Below, piece by piece: positions 37,201 through 50,268 of a DNA stretch of 64,000 bases. Where the stretch lies: the NCBI GenBank assembly GCA_012295275.1, contig CM022674.1, forward strand, positions 14,570,001-14,634,000. Reading direction: 5' to 3'. Source of the DNA: Chrysomallon squamiferum (taxonomy: Eukaryota; Animalia; Mollusca). How positions within the stretch are numbered: position 1 is the stretch's first letter; the number at the start of each line of letters is the position of its first letter. A model generated the notes under the pieces. The model saw only the letters and a list, made by a program, of their open reading frames with translations. It had not been told where the DNA came from and did no database searches. The position numbers and the translations under genes were made by a program.

Positions 37201-40200
37201 GCTCTAATACTATCACTACTATTATTACTATTACTACTACTAATACTACTACTAACTAATACTGCAACTGCAACTGCTACTACTACTAATACTATCTAAT
37301 ACTACTACTACTATTATTGCTACTACTAATACTGCAACTGCTCTAATACTATCACTACTACTATTACATTACTACTACTAATACTGCAACTGCTCTAATA
37401 CTATCACTACTACTATTATTATTGCTACTAGTAATATCACTATTAAGGCTAATACTATTACAACTACTGTAACTACTTCAATTACCACATCTGACCACCA
37501 CCACTACTACTACCACCATTATTACCACTACTACTACTACCATTATTACCACTACTACTACTACCACTACTACTCTATTGTTACTACATTTACTACTACT
37601 ACTACTACTACTACTACTAATAATAAAAACAGTAACAAAAAACCCAATAAAAATAAGAAAAGTAACAATACAAACCTTTAAATCTTCCTTCGAAGGTTTG
37701 CCATCCACTTTGTCAAAGTATTCAAACAGCTGTCTCCATAGAGTTATCTTTCTTGTCTTCTCATCATCGTGTGGAAGATAATCTTTGACAGGGGCCCCGA
37801 CTTCGAGATAAAGTTGTTTGATAATCCGCTCGGCTACCTCGCGAACCTCATTCGTGGAAGATAATCTTTGACAGGGGCCCCGACTTCGAGATAAAGTTGT
37901 TTGATAATCCGCTCGGCTACCTCGCGAACCTCACCTGCGTTGTGTTTCAGCGCTGACATGCAGAACGTCATCATGTTGTCTAGAGTCAGTCCACTACAAA
38001 CACAGAGTTAATATCAATACACTGCTTTGTGTTCTGTGTTTATATTCAGAGAAAATAACAGAAAGAAAGAAAGAAAGAAAGAAAGAAGGAAAGATAGAAG
38101 AGAAAAAAGAAGTAAAGAAAAGGAAAGAAAACAATGAAAAATCATAACCTCTTGTACCTTTAATGACACTTTAACTTTCTCTTTTATCTGAAGTGACTAC
38201 TTTCATAGTCACAGTGCTTTGTGTTGTAACACAATCTCTGGAGTAGTCTGTATTCTCTTCAGTCCAGTTTGCAGTTTATACTTCAGTTTTATACTAGAGT
38301 TAGACATGGAGTTTTTAACCTACTTGAACAAAGTCAAGTGACATTGTAGAATTCATTGGTATTGTAACATTAGGAATACAGCAGCTGTATTCATGTGACA
38401 GAAATCTCACAGTCAAAATGAGATGTTGTATGACACTGGGCCAAGCAATACAGACAATTTAGACATCACGTTTTCAGTTTCATTCTGGAGTTGGACAGAG
38501 AGTTTTTAACTTACCTTAACCGAACAAAGAAATAATAACTGATATCAACATTTTTGTTTATGTTGGTCAAACGTTTTGTTGTATTAAGAATTAAATAATA
38601 ATAAAACAACACATTAGAAAGACAGTGATTTCATTAGAAAAGTAGAAAAAAATTAAATTAAAAAAATTAAACTTACTTGTTTGACAGTCCGTGATCTTTG
38701 TAAAGTTGTTCTACAATCTCACAGTGACTTTGAGCAAGTCTAGGAGCCATCGACACTTTGATAGGTTTTATGCACTCATGCAGAACAGCATTGGTTGGCT
38801 GAAAATAGAAACTTTATTCAATAAATTTTAAATTTTAACTTTATATTTTACGTTATTTTAGTTACAACAAATAATCAACAGTTCTGTCACAGTTAAAAGA
38901 TATGTTTATTAATTTACAATAATAATAATAATAATATAATAATAATAACAATAATAATAATGATGATAATATAATAATAATAACAATAACAACAACAATA
39001 AAAAATAATAAAATAACGACAATTCATAATGATGATGATGATAATAATAATAATCAAATATAAATAAATAAAGAAATAAACTCACTTTGACTTCTGGAAG
39101 TTTTGCAATATCTAAAATAGCATTTCTGGCATCATCTCTGTTTCTCAAAGCCTGCAAAATAAATCAATGTTAACTTTCACAGGTTAAAATAAATCAATGT
39201 TAACTTTCACAGGTTAAAATAAATCAATGTTTACTTTCACAGGTTAAAATAAATCAATGTTAACTTTCACAGGTTAAAATAAATCAATGTTAACTTTCAC
39301 AGGTTAAAATAAATCAATGTTAACTTTCACAGGTTAAAATAAATCAATGTTAACTTTCACAGGTTAAAATAAATCAATGTTAACTTTCACAGGTTAACTC
39401 TAGAACACATCTAAATTGATATTTTTTTTTTTTATGATTTTTTTAAAATTAATAACCATATGAAAAAAATAGAAGCTTAACAAATGCAAGGAAATAAAAT
39501 CAAAACAAAATCTCATGCAATTTGAATATTTGTAAAACATTTTTCTGTCATTCAAACAAAATGAAATAAAAGAGGGTAAAACGCTATATTCTGTAAGAAG
39601 TGCAGATAAAACAACACACAGAGATGTAGATAAAACAACAACACTAAAAACAGATCTCACCGTGTCTCCTCCTTTGTGTAAAAGGTTAGGAACTGTTTTT
39701 TCTACAGCATAGGCAGCCTCCTGCCTGGACAGTCTGAAAATAACACAGTTCTTGTTATTAGTAACAGTGAAAATAACACAGTACTTGTTATTAGTAACAG
39801 TGAAAATAACACAGTACTTGTTATCAGTAACAGTGAAAATAACACAGTACTTGTTATTAGTAACAGTGTAATGTGTGTCAGATTCCCTCAGACATAATGA
39901 GCTACATTCTAACTAAGATTGGTTTACTAATAATAACAGTAGCAGTAGTAACAAGAAGACGAAGGATAAGAAAAACAACAACAACAATTGCTTTTCAGTG
40001 TAAACACTGGTTTATCAATAATCTTTCGGTCAATGGGAAGGTACATATAAAATATTTTTTTTGCTACTAATCAGTAAAAACAGATTGTAGTATGTCAGTA
40101 CACTTCCTTTCTTAAACTGACCTAGTATTAATGGAAGATAACAAGACTGATTTTTCAAAGATAAACTCACTGGACACCCTTGTTCCAATGACTGTATCCT

Positions 40201-43200
40201 AGAACATCAAAAGCTACATGTATGTAGTGCCACTTTCATGAGAAACTAAAAGACTCTTCGATATAAAATACCACAGGTAACATAAATTTTGTGTCTGACC
40301 AAGTAAAGTCACTGACAAAAATCTTTTCAGTGTTCTAATAATGTCATCAAACTCTAAAAACTATTTCAGTGTTCATTTTCAAAAAAGAAACAATTCTTTA
40401 CTTGTGTTTTGTAATGAAATCTCTCAACATCATCTTTTCAAGTTGAAGAGCTGCCTTGAAAACCTGAAAATTAGAAAAATGTAAAGTTACAAAATGAAGA
40501 TATCATGTTTTATATCTTATCACATACACTTTGATATCTTTCTTCTAGTTTGTATGCTGTAAGAAATGTTTTATATCTTATCACATACACTTTGATATCT
40601 TTCTACTAGTTTGTATGCTGTAAGAAATGTTTTATATCTTATCGCATACACTTTGATATCTTTCTACTAGTTTGTATGCTGTAAGAAATGTTTTATGTCT
40701 TATTACATACACTTTGATATCTTTTTACTATTTTGTGCGTTGTAAGAAATGTTTTATATCTTATTGCACACACTTTGATATCTTTTTTTAGTTTGATGTA
40801 AGAAATGTTTTATATCTTATCGCATACACTTTGATATCTTTCTACTAGTTTGTATGCTGTAAGAAATGTTTTATATCTTATCGCATACACTTTGATATCT
40901 TTCTACTAGTTTGTATGCTGTAAGAAATGTTTTATATCTTATCACATACACTTTGATATCTTTCTACTAGTTTGTATGCTGTAAGAAATGTTTTGTGTCT
41001 TATTACATACACTTTGAAACTATTTTGTGTGTTGTAAGAAATGTTTTATATCTTAAGAAACTTTGATATCTTTTTAGTTTGATGTAAGAAATGTTTTGTG
41101 TCTTATTACAGAAACTTTGATATCTTTCTACTATTTTTGTGTTAAGAAATGTTTTTATGATGTTTTTTGAAATGTTTTGTATGCTGTAAGAAATGTTTTA
41201 TATGCTGTAAGAACTTTGATATCTTTCTACTAGTTTGTGTGCTGTAAGAAATGTTTGTGTATTGTAAGAAATGTTTGTAGTCTGTATTTAAATTTTGTGC
41301 GTTGTAAGAAATGTTTTGTGTGTTGTAAGAAATGTTTTGTGTGATGTAAGAAATGTTTGTGTGTTGTAAGAAATGTTTTGTGTGATGTAAGAAATGTTTG
41401 TGTGTTGTAAGAAATGTTTTGTGTGATGTAAGAAATGTTTTGTGTGTTGTAAGAAATGTTTTGTGTGTTGTAAGAAATGTTTTGTGTGTTGTAAGAAATG
41501 TTTGTGTCTTACCGCGTACACTTTGTCGTCTATAGCTCTCTTTATGAGGAACACTGCAGCTCTGAACATCGCCTTTGCATCATCTTTTCCCACTGACATC
41601 GGCAGCACATCGAGTTGTTTGTAGACAGCAAGCAGCGAATCTTCTCTGTACGACCACGTCTTCGAGTACGCTTTAGACACCTACAAGTTTGATTTGTTTT
41701 ATTTAATTAAATTATGAGTACGCTTTAGACACCTACAAGTTTGATTTATTTAATTAAATTATGAGTACACTTTTGACACCTACAAGTTTGTTTTGTTTTA
41801 TTTAATTAAATTATGAGTACGCTTTAGACACCTACAAGTTTGTTTTGTTTTATTTAATTAAATTATGAGTACGCTTTAGACACCTACAAGTTTGTTTTGT
41901 TTTATTTAATTAAATTATGAGTACACTTTTGACACCTACAAGTTTGATTTGTTTTATTTAATTAAATTATGAGTACACTTTAGACACCTACAAGTTTGAT
42001 TTATTTAATTAAATTATGAGTACGCTTTAGACACCTACCAGTTTGTTTTATTTAATTAAATTATGAGTACACTTTTGACACCTACAAGTTTGATTTGTTT
42101 TATTTAATTAAATTATGAGTACACTTTAGACACCTACAAGTTTGATTTGTTTTATTTAATTAAATTATGAGTACACTTTAGACACCTACAAGTTTGATTT
42201 GTTTTATTTAATTAAATTATGAGTACGCTTCAGACACCTACAAGTTTGATTTGTTTTATTTAATTAAATTATGAGTACACTTTAGACACCTACAAGTTTG
42301 ATTTATTTAATTATATTATGAGTACGCTTTAGACACCTACAAGTTTGATTTATTTAATTAAGTTTGATTTGTTTTATTTAATTTAAATTATGAGTATGCT
42401 TTAGACACCTACAAGTTTGATTTGTTTTATTTAATTAAATTATGAGTACGCTTCAGACACCTACAAGTTTGATTTGTTTTATTTAATTAAATTATGAGTA
42501 CACTTTAGACACCTACAAGTTTGATTTGTTTTATTTAATTAAATTATGAGTACGCTTTAGACACCTACAACTTTGTTTTATTTAATTAAATTATGAGTAC
42601 GCTTTAGACATCTACAAGTTTGATTTGTTTTATTTAATTAAATTATGAGTAAGACACCTACAAGTTTGTTTTGTTTTATTTAATTAAATTATGAGTACAC
42701 TTTAGACACCTACAATTTTTCTTTTTTCTGATTACTTTAGTTATTATTTTAGATTTGATTTTTGGTTATTATCGTGAACACATTTAAACTGTTTAACATA
42801 TCCTCTTCTTTTTCAGTTATTTATATAATTGAAAATATATTTCAAATTTTTGTTGTTTTTGTTTTTTTAATTATATAATATGTTACCAATTTCTACAAAC
42901 TAAGTTATGTGACATTTTTGAAACTAAAAGCAATTGTAACCAACAAAAACAGTAATTATAATAATAACAATACTACACTACTATTACAGATAATAATAAT
43001 AACAATAAAGATAATAGTAATAATAATAATAACAGTAATAATAACAATAATAATAACAGTATTAATACAAATGACAATAATATTTACCAATGGCTGACCA
43101 AAAATATCAATGGCAGAAGACGCATCCCTCAAATCTTTCTCAGTCATAGGTTCAACTTCATCTGAAATTCAACACACATCTATGTAAAATATTTATATTC

Positions 43201-43716
43201 ATATTAATTCTTCAAACAAATCAAAATTACTGTTAACAATTTTTATTTTGTAGAAAAATAAATTATTAATGTATCACAGGAAAGGATTTTTGGTTATAAA
43301 ATAAATTACACTTTGATCTTACCAACATTTTCTGAAGATTCAGTTTCAGGGACATCTGACTCTTCAAAAGTTGGTGGTGGCCTAAAAATAATTAAAATAA
43401 CTGGATATGATTTTCACTCATAATAAATAATAAATACAGAAACACACACAAACAACAATGTGGTCATTAATTATTTTATTACTGAAAATTATGAAATGCA
43501 AATATTGTTTGAAAACTTATGTTGTTCTGCTTTATTCATATAGTGTTTTGTTGACAATATGGATAAAAAAAAATAATAAAAAAAATATATATATATATAT
43601 ATAAATTTATAAAATATCATCTCCAAAACAAGATGGAAGTATTTAATTTATTTAATTAAAACTGATATTAAACTACTGGACAGAGCATAGCTGTGAAATA
43701 TATTTTCTTCTCTTCC

Positions 43717-43766
<50 letters not shown>

Positions 43767-45278
43767 GAGAATTTGTGATAACTGACTATAATGTAAAACT
43801 CAATAATTTTACCCTCTAAAAATCTCTTTGATGCTAGTAGAAACACAAAAAGTTAAAATAAAGTTCAAGAAATCTACTTTGTATTAGTTTCTGAAGCTTC
43901 TCAATGTTAGTTGCATCATTCATCAACAATGTAAAACTAACAACACAGCAGCTGCACTGATTGCTACAGATATAAATAACACAGATACTACTAAATAGAT
44001 ACTGACTACAACAGATATAAATAACACAGATACTACTAAACAGATACTGACTACAACAGATATAAATAACCCAGATACTACTAAATGGATACTGACTACA
44101 ACAGATATAAATAACCCAGATACTACTAAATAGATACTGACTACAACAGATATAAATAACCCAGATACTACTAAATAGATACTGACTACAACAGATATAA
44201 ATAACCCAGATACTACTAGATACTGACTGCTAGATATAAATAACCCAGATACTACTAAACAGATACTGACTACAACAGATATAAATAACCCAGATACTAC
44301 TAAATAGATACTGACTACTACAGATATAAATAACCCAGATACTACTAAACAGATACTGACTACAACAGATATAAATAACCCAGATACTACTAAATAGATA
44401 CTGACTACAACAGATATAAATAACCCAGATGCTACTAAATAGATACTGACTACAACAGATATAAATAACCCAGATGCTACTAAATAGATACTGACTACAA
44501 CAGATATAAATAACCCAGATACTACTAAATAGATACTGACTACAACAGATATAAATAACCCAGATACTACTAAATAGATACTGACTACAACAGATATAAA
44601 TAACCCAGATACTACTAAATAGATACTGACTACAACAGATATAAATAACCCAGATACTACTAAACAGATACTGACTACAACAGATATAAATAACCCAGAT
44701 ACTACTAAACAGATACTGACTACAACAGATATAAATAACCCAGATACTACTAAATAGATACTGACTACTACAAAGATATAAATAACCCAGATACTACTAG
44801 ATACTGACTACTACAGATATAAATAACCCAGATACTACTAAATAGATACTGACTACAACAGATATAAATAACCCAGATACTACTAAACAGATACTGACTA
44901 CTACAGATATAAATAACCCAGATGCTATGCAGTCTCATTGTCAAAATGAGATGGGTTGTTCTTCTTTAACACTCTAAGTACTTTCAATCTGGCACAAGTA
45001 ATGAACAGATTTTACACTGTGTATCTTCAGTATTATTCTTAGACAAAGGTTTTTAACTTACCTTAAACAGAACAAATCAAACGCCAGCGAGACAAGACAA
45101 GTTATTTAGTAAATAAAGATTTCTGATATTTAAAGATTATGAAGAATATAAGAAATCACTGAGGTAGTTTGGGGTGACCTTTCTACTATGTGTGTGAGGT
45201 TTAAAAAAAAAATCAACTGAAAAACCTTTCTAGTATTTTCAACCTATTACAATTGTCAAATATTGTTAAAATAATAAT

Positions 45279-45333
<55 letters not shown>

Positions 45334-48300
45334 GTTATAATAATAAATTAGTTGACCTGAATTCTTAAGGTTCTCTTTTAACACTAATCTGAACTGTACA
45401 GGTAATTAATCCAAGCAGGGCCTGAAATCAAAACTTCACTGCAAAAACTAAAAAAATCAAGAACCAGTTATTTTAGAGTACATAGTGAGTAGAAACCTGA
45501 ATCAACACAAAGATGTGAGTACACTGACATGTCTGCAGCCTGTAGTGAGCAACTCACACCTGTTTACTCACCTGTGTATTGGCAGCTGTCTCTCTTCGTA
45601 CAGAGTTTTCTGATGAACGAAATCATCAGTTGATGAAGCTGGTTCTGCTACTGGACTAGGTCTTTGAAAAGTAACAAGCAAGTAGCAGAAGTAATATTTA
45701 AAAAAGAGAAAAGAAAAAACCAGTATAAAAATAAATATTAGTAATCTATAACCATTAGCAGAAATAAAAGATTTTGAATATGTTATCTACTTGGACTAAA
45801 ATAAAAAATGGATATTAACTATATTATCTACATGGATTAAAAACTAAATAAGATGTATGAATAAACTATATACTTGGATAAAAAAACTAAATATTATATT
45901 AATTATACTATATACATGAATTAACAACTAACTGCAATAATAAATATATTATCTAACTGTGTTAAAAACTAAATCAGATAATAAACATATTATCTAATTA
46001 GATAAAAAGATACCCAGTATTTCTGAAATTAAAAACTAACTGCAATATCAAATATACTAGTAAATAGCAAAGAAAAAATGTACAAAATAAAAAAATTTTA
46101 ATTAAAAGATAAAGAAAAAACTAAGAACAATGTAAGAGGTTATGACATGTAAACTAGAAGATTATCTAATTAATAAGAGAAAAATTCAGCTGAACTGCAG
46201 AAATTTTATTTCTCTATGTTTACTAAAAAAAATATTTTATCAGTGGTGTAATTTAAAGAGTTTAAACCAAAATGGAGGTTCTACCTTCTGGCTGTGGGGA
46301 GTGGCCGCTCGTCATAGCGTGGGGGGCTCTGTGGGGGTGTTTGAATGTCTTCCACCATTCGTGGAGAGGTTTTTGTCTTTAAAGCTGGAAGAAAAAATAA
46401 AAAAATAGAAAATTACAATAAAATAAATTCTTTATAAACTATATATAAGAAAAAAGCCAATAATTTTTCATTTATTTATTTATTTATTTAGTTTTGCCTC
46501 TTCTGTTGCTTTTAACATTGCCTCAGATTTTTTCATAAATATTTAATATTCAAATTGTTACACATTATTATAAATAAATTTAAAAATATTTTGTTGATTT
46601 ATGCCTACATAATGATGTGTTTGTCTTTGTTTGTGTAAGTATACATGTGTGTGTGTATATGTGTGTTTGTGTGTGTATACATGTGTGTGTATATGTGTGT
46701 TTGTGTGTGTGTATACATGTGTGTGTATACATGTGTGTATGTGAATATATGTGCTATGTATATATGTGTGTATATGTGTTTTTGTATGTGAATATATGTG
46801 TTTGTGTGTAATGAATGTATGCATTATGTATGTAAAGTTAACTTATACAATTCTGTATAACTCACTGTAATCAGATGATAAGTCAAAGGCCTAAAAATAA
46901 AAATATATAAAAAAATTCAGATGAATAAAACTGACATCTTTGTGAAACATTCACATTAATAAAACATAATGAATGAATGAATGATTAGCAGTCACAAGCA
47001 CTTATAAAAGAACAAATACAGAATAATTTACTGATTAAAAGCATGCACAGCAAGGTTTAAATTTTTCACAAATGATTTCTAAATGTGGTTGCTGTATGGA
47101 TCAAGGTAATCCGAGTAGATTAACTCACTGGATTAAGGCCAAGAAGTTCTGAAATGCGAAGGTCTGCATACGCCTGGTTTCTGTATTCGTCCATCTGCGT
47201 CTTCTTCAACTTGGCTTTGTCGTAATCTTCACTTTCCACCGCCTGCCTCTTCTCCACCTCCATCTTACCCAGCCTCTCTCCCACCTAGCAGCAAAAACAT
47301 CTATTTTTAAACCCATTACCTAATAAACATTAGCCAACAAAATAAGTACACATATTTAAATCACTATTTTTTTTCTTAATTAAGTAAATAATATACACAT
47401 TAATGAGTGAAATAAAATAAAATTATTAAAAGGTAAGTCTTTCACTGAGCCAGATAACTAAGCAAGACAAAACAACATGATTTCTGATGACTTCATCATG
47501 GCTTCTTGTCTAGCTAGATTAGGCTGGAAATGGAAAGTAAGGACTCAGGTCTTGTTAGGGCAGTTCCAGAAATTAGCATGGGTGGGGCTATAACTTTATA
47601 TATAATGATAAATATAGCATTTTTATTTTTAATTATAAATGGTGGAAATAAAGATTAAAAACAATTAAAATGATTATGTATATAAATTTATTTATTTATT
47701 TATTTATTTACTTATTAACCTCCTACAGACTTAAATCCTATGTGGTTATTTCTGGAACAACCAAAACAGAAAGAAAGAGTATTTATTGTTTTAACTGTTG
47801 TGAGTTACTAGTTTTCTAATGTACACTTTGCAACCACAAAATTATATTAAAAAAATATTAAATTTTTTTTTAAAACAATAATAATAATAATAATGATAAT
47901 AATAATAATAATTAATAAAATAAAATTATTTTTGCATTACTGTTATTATTATTTTTTTTTTTTTAGACACTTCTGTTGGTAACAGAAATTATAAAACAGT
48001 TCAAAATTGACTGTAATATTATTATTCTTTTTATTATTATTATTTTTTTTTTTTTTTAATTAATGTTAAACATCTGATCAATGTTTCATAGAAAATGTAC
48101 ATTAAAAAACCTAAAGCATATTTTGTTAATTAGGAAAGCTTAAAAAAGGGTTTAATGTTTAAATTAGATTTTCTAAAACATTTTTTTACAATAAAGCCAA
48201 ATCATGTTGTTTCGAGTCTTGCAAAATTAAATTATGCAAAAATTAATAAAATAATTTAAATATAAAAATTAACATTTTCGAAAAACAACTGAGTTAAAGA

Positions 48301-50162
48301 AATAAATAATAAAATTAATTTAAATATAAAAATATAGAAATTAGTTTCACACAACTAAACAATGCTTCATTGTTAATTAATAATTAAAAGCTTTACTTTA
48401 CAAGCACCTCTAACTAAATTAATCATTAATCTCTCTACATGTTAGACATCATGACAGAGAAAGTAACTTTTTTTTCTTCACAATTCCTTATTTATTATTT
48501 GTCATTAATTTGTTATTTTTTATTTTATTTATATATTTTTACGGATAAAATATTTATGATTTTTGAATATATCATTTTAAAAAAACATTTTATAAAGGAA
48601 TTTAATTAAGTTTTAAGTGAAAATCTTTAAAAAAGGCTTTTAGTTTGTCATAAAAATTCTTAAAAATAAACAGTTATTATTTCTTTTTTTTCCTTCAATG
48701 GATTTATTAGTGTACACATTAACTGTCTTAACTGATAATCACTTCAAATATTTCACAATTGTTTTTAATATTCTGTGAAGGAAAGATAACAATTAATACT
48801 TCATTTGCCTTTCAATGGATTTATTCACTGTAAACATAGTAAATTAAATAACTATTTTGAGTAAGACAAGGATTAGACATTATTTCTGGAACTGGCTAGA
48901 AGAGAAGAAAGCAGAGACAAGAAGCCGTGAAGAGAGATCACCCTGTAAGAAGAGTATTCCAGTTTTATACGCAGGGAGTCTGTGTCATTCAGTGAGACGT
49001 CTATAGGTTCCAGTTTCTTCTTGTATCGCTGCAGACGGTGAGAAAATGTTGGGTTTGCTACACTCGTTTCGGGTTCGGGTAAAACGGAATAGTTTCGTTT
49101 GTGGATGCTTTGATCATCAGGGACTTTTACAAGTTGGTCGTAACGTTTAAAGTGAGGTGAATCGACTGGTAACCAGTAGGGATCGTCTTCCGAGTCTAAA
49201 CTCGTTTCAAAGTCAGCAAGTGATGTGAACGTCTGCCCTCCGTGTTTGAATCTGACATTTTTCTTCCTCACCGGTAGAGGGTTAAACTGGTTGTCGGAGG
49301 GCAGGAGGTAGGGGTCATCGAGTACACTGTGTGACACACTTTTGACAGGGACCCAGTAGGGGTCTGAGTTTGTGTCTGTACTCGCCACTGGCTCAGTGAG
49401 GTAAACAGGTGGGGGAACATCTTCTAACGACAGCTGTAAACAAACATTCCTAACAACATCATCTCTCTAAACTCTTGTACAGTTCAACACTTTTAATTTT
49501 AATATATTATGTAGTGACATTAATAAGAGAAAACAGTTTGAGTTAACAAATTTCAAGTTTATAATTTTGGTATCTCTATATTTAAAGTAAAAACTGACTA
49601 CATCTCAGTTATCTGTCACATGACATGGTTACCTGTATAACATTCAAATTGATTCATAATTAATTAAATAAGTGATATAAAACTGAAAACTGAAAAAAAA
49701 CAAAAAAAAAATATGTTTTTCAACTCTCCTGTACAAATAATAAATTAAATAGCGACAAAAACGTTGTAAAGTTTCATTATCAAAATAATTAGAGAATGTA
49801 ATAAACACAAAACACACAGGTGTGTTTGATTAGTTGTAATGAAACACCTGACATTTGACTTGTTAGTGATTATACCTAAAACCTACCTTTTGTAATTCAG
49901 AAATTGCCTGCTTCAGTTTCTTGGCAATGTCGTATTTTTCCTCTGAAATACAAAAATAAACAATTATAATAAATGCTGGATGATCATGTAATTACTTGAA
50001 TTAACAACATATATTTCAAAACCGTATCATACATTTTAATTAGTCTTCAAATGGTTTACTTTTATTTTGTACTAAATTGTTAATCAGGTATAATTATATA
50101 GCTTTGATTACAAACATATTTTTAAAGAACATTTTGAAAAGTTAATAATGAAAAAAAAAAAA

Positions 50163-50193
<31 letters not shown>

Positions 50194-50226
50194 TTGATGA
50201 GGATAATATTAATGAGGATGAAGAAG

Positions 50227-50268
<42 letters not shown>

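Noticed and set aside
38410-45075. Donor-like AAG|GTAAGT sites at ~38513 and ~45061
   Set aside because: Both lie in similar sequence (GTCAAAATGAGATG...TTTTAACTTACCTTAA), which indicates a dispersed repeat rather than exons.
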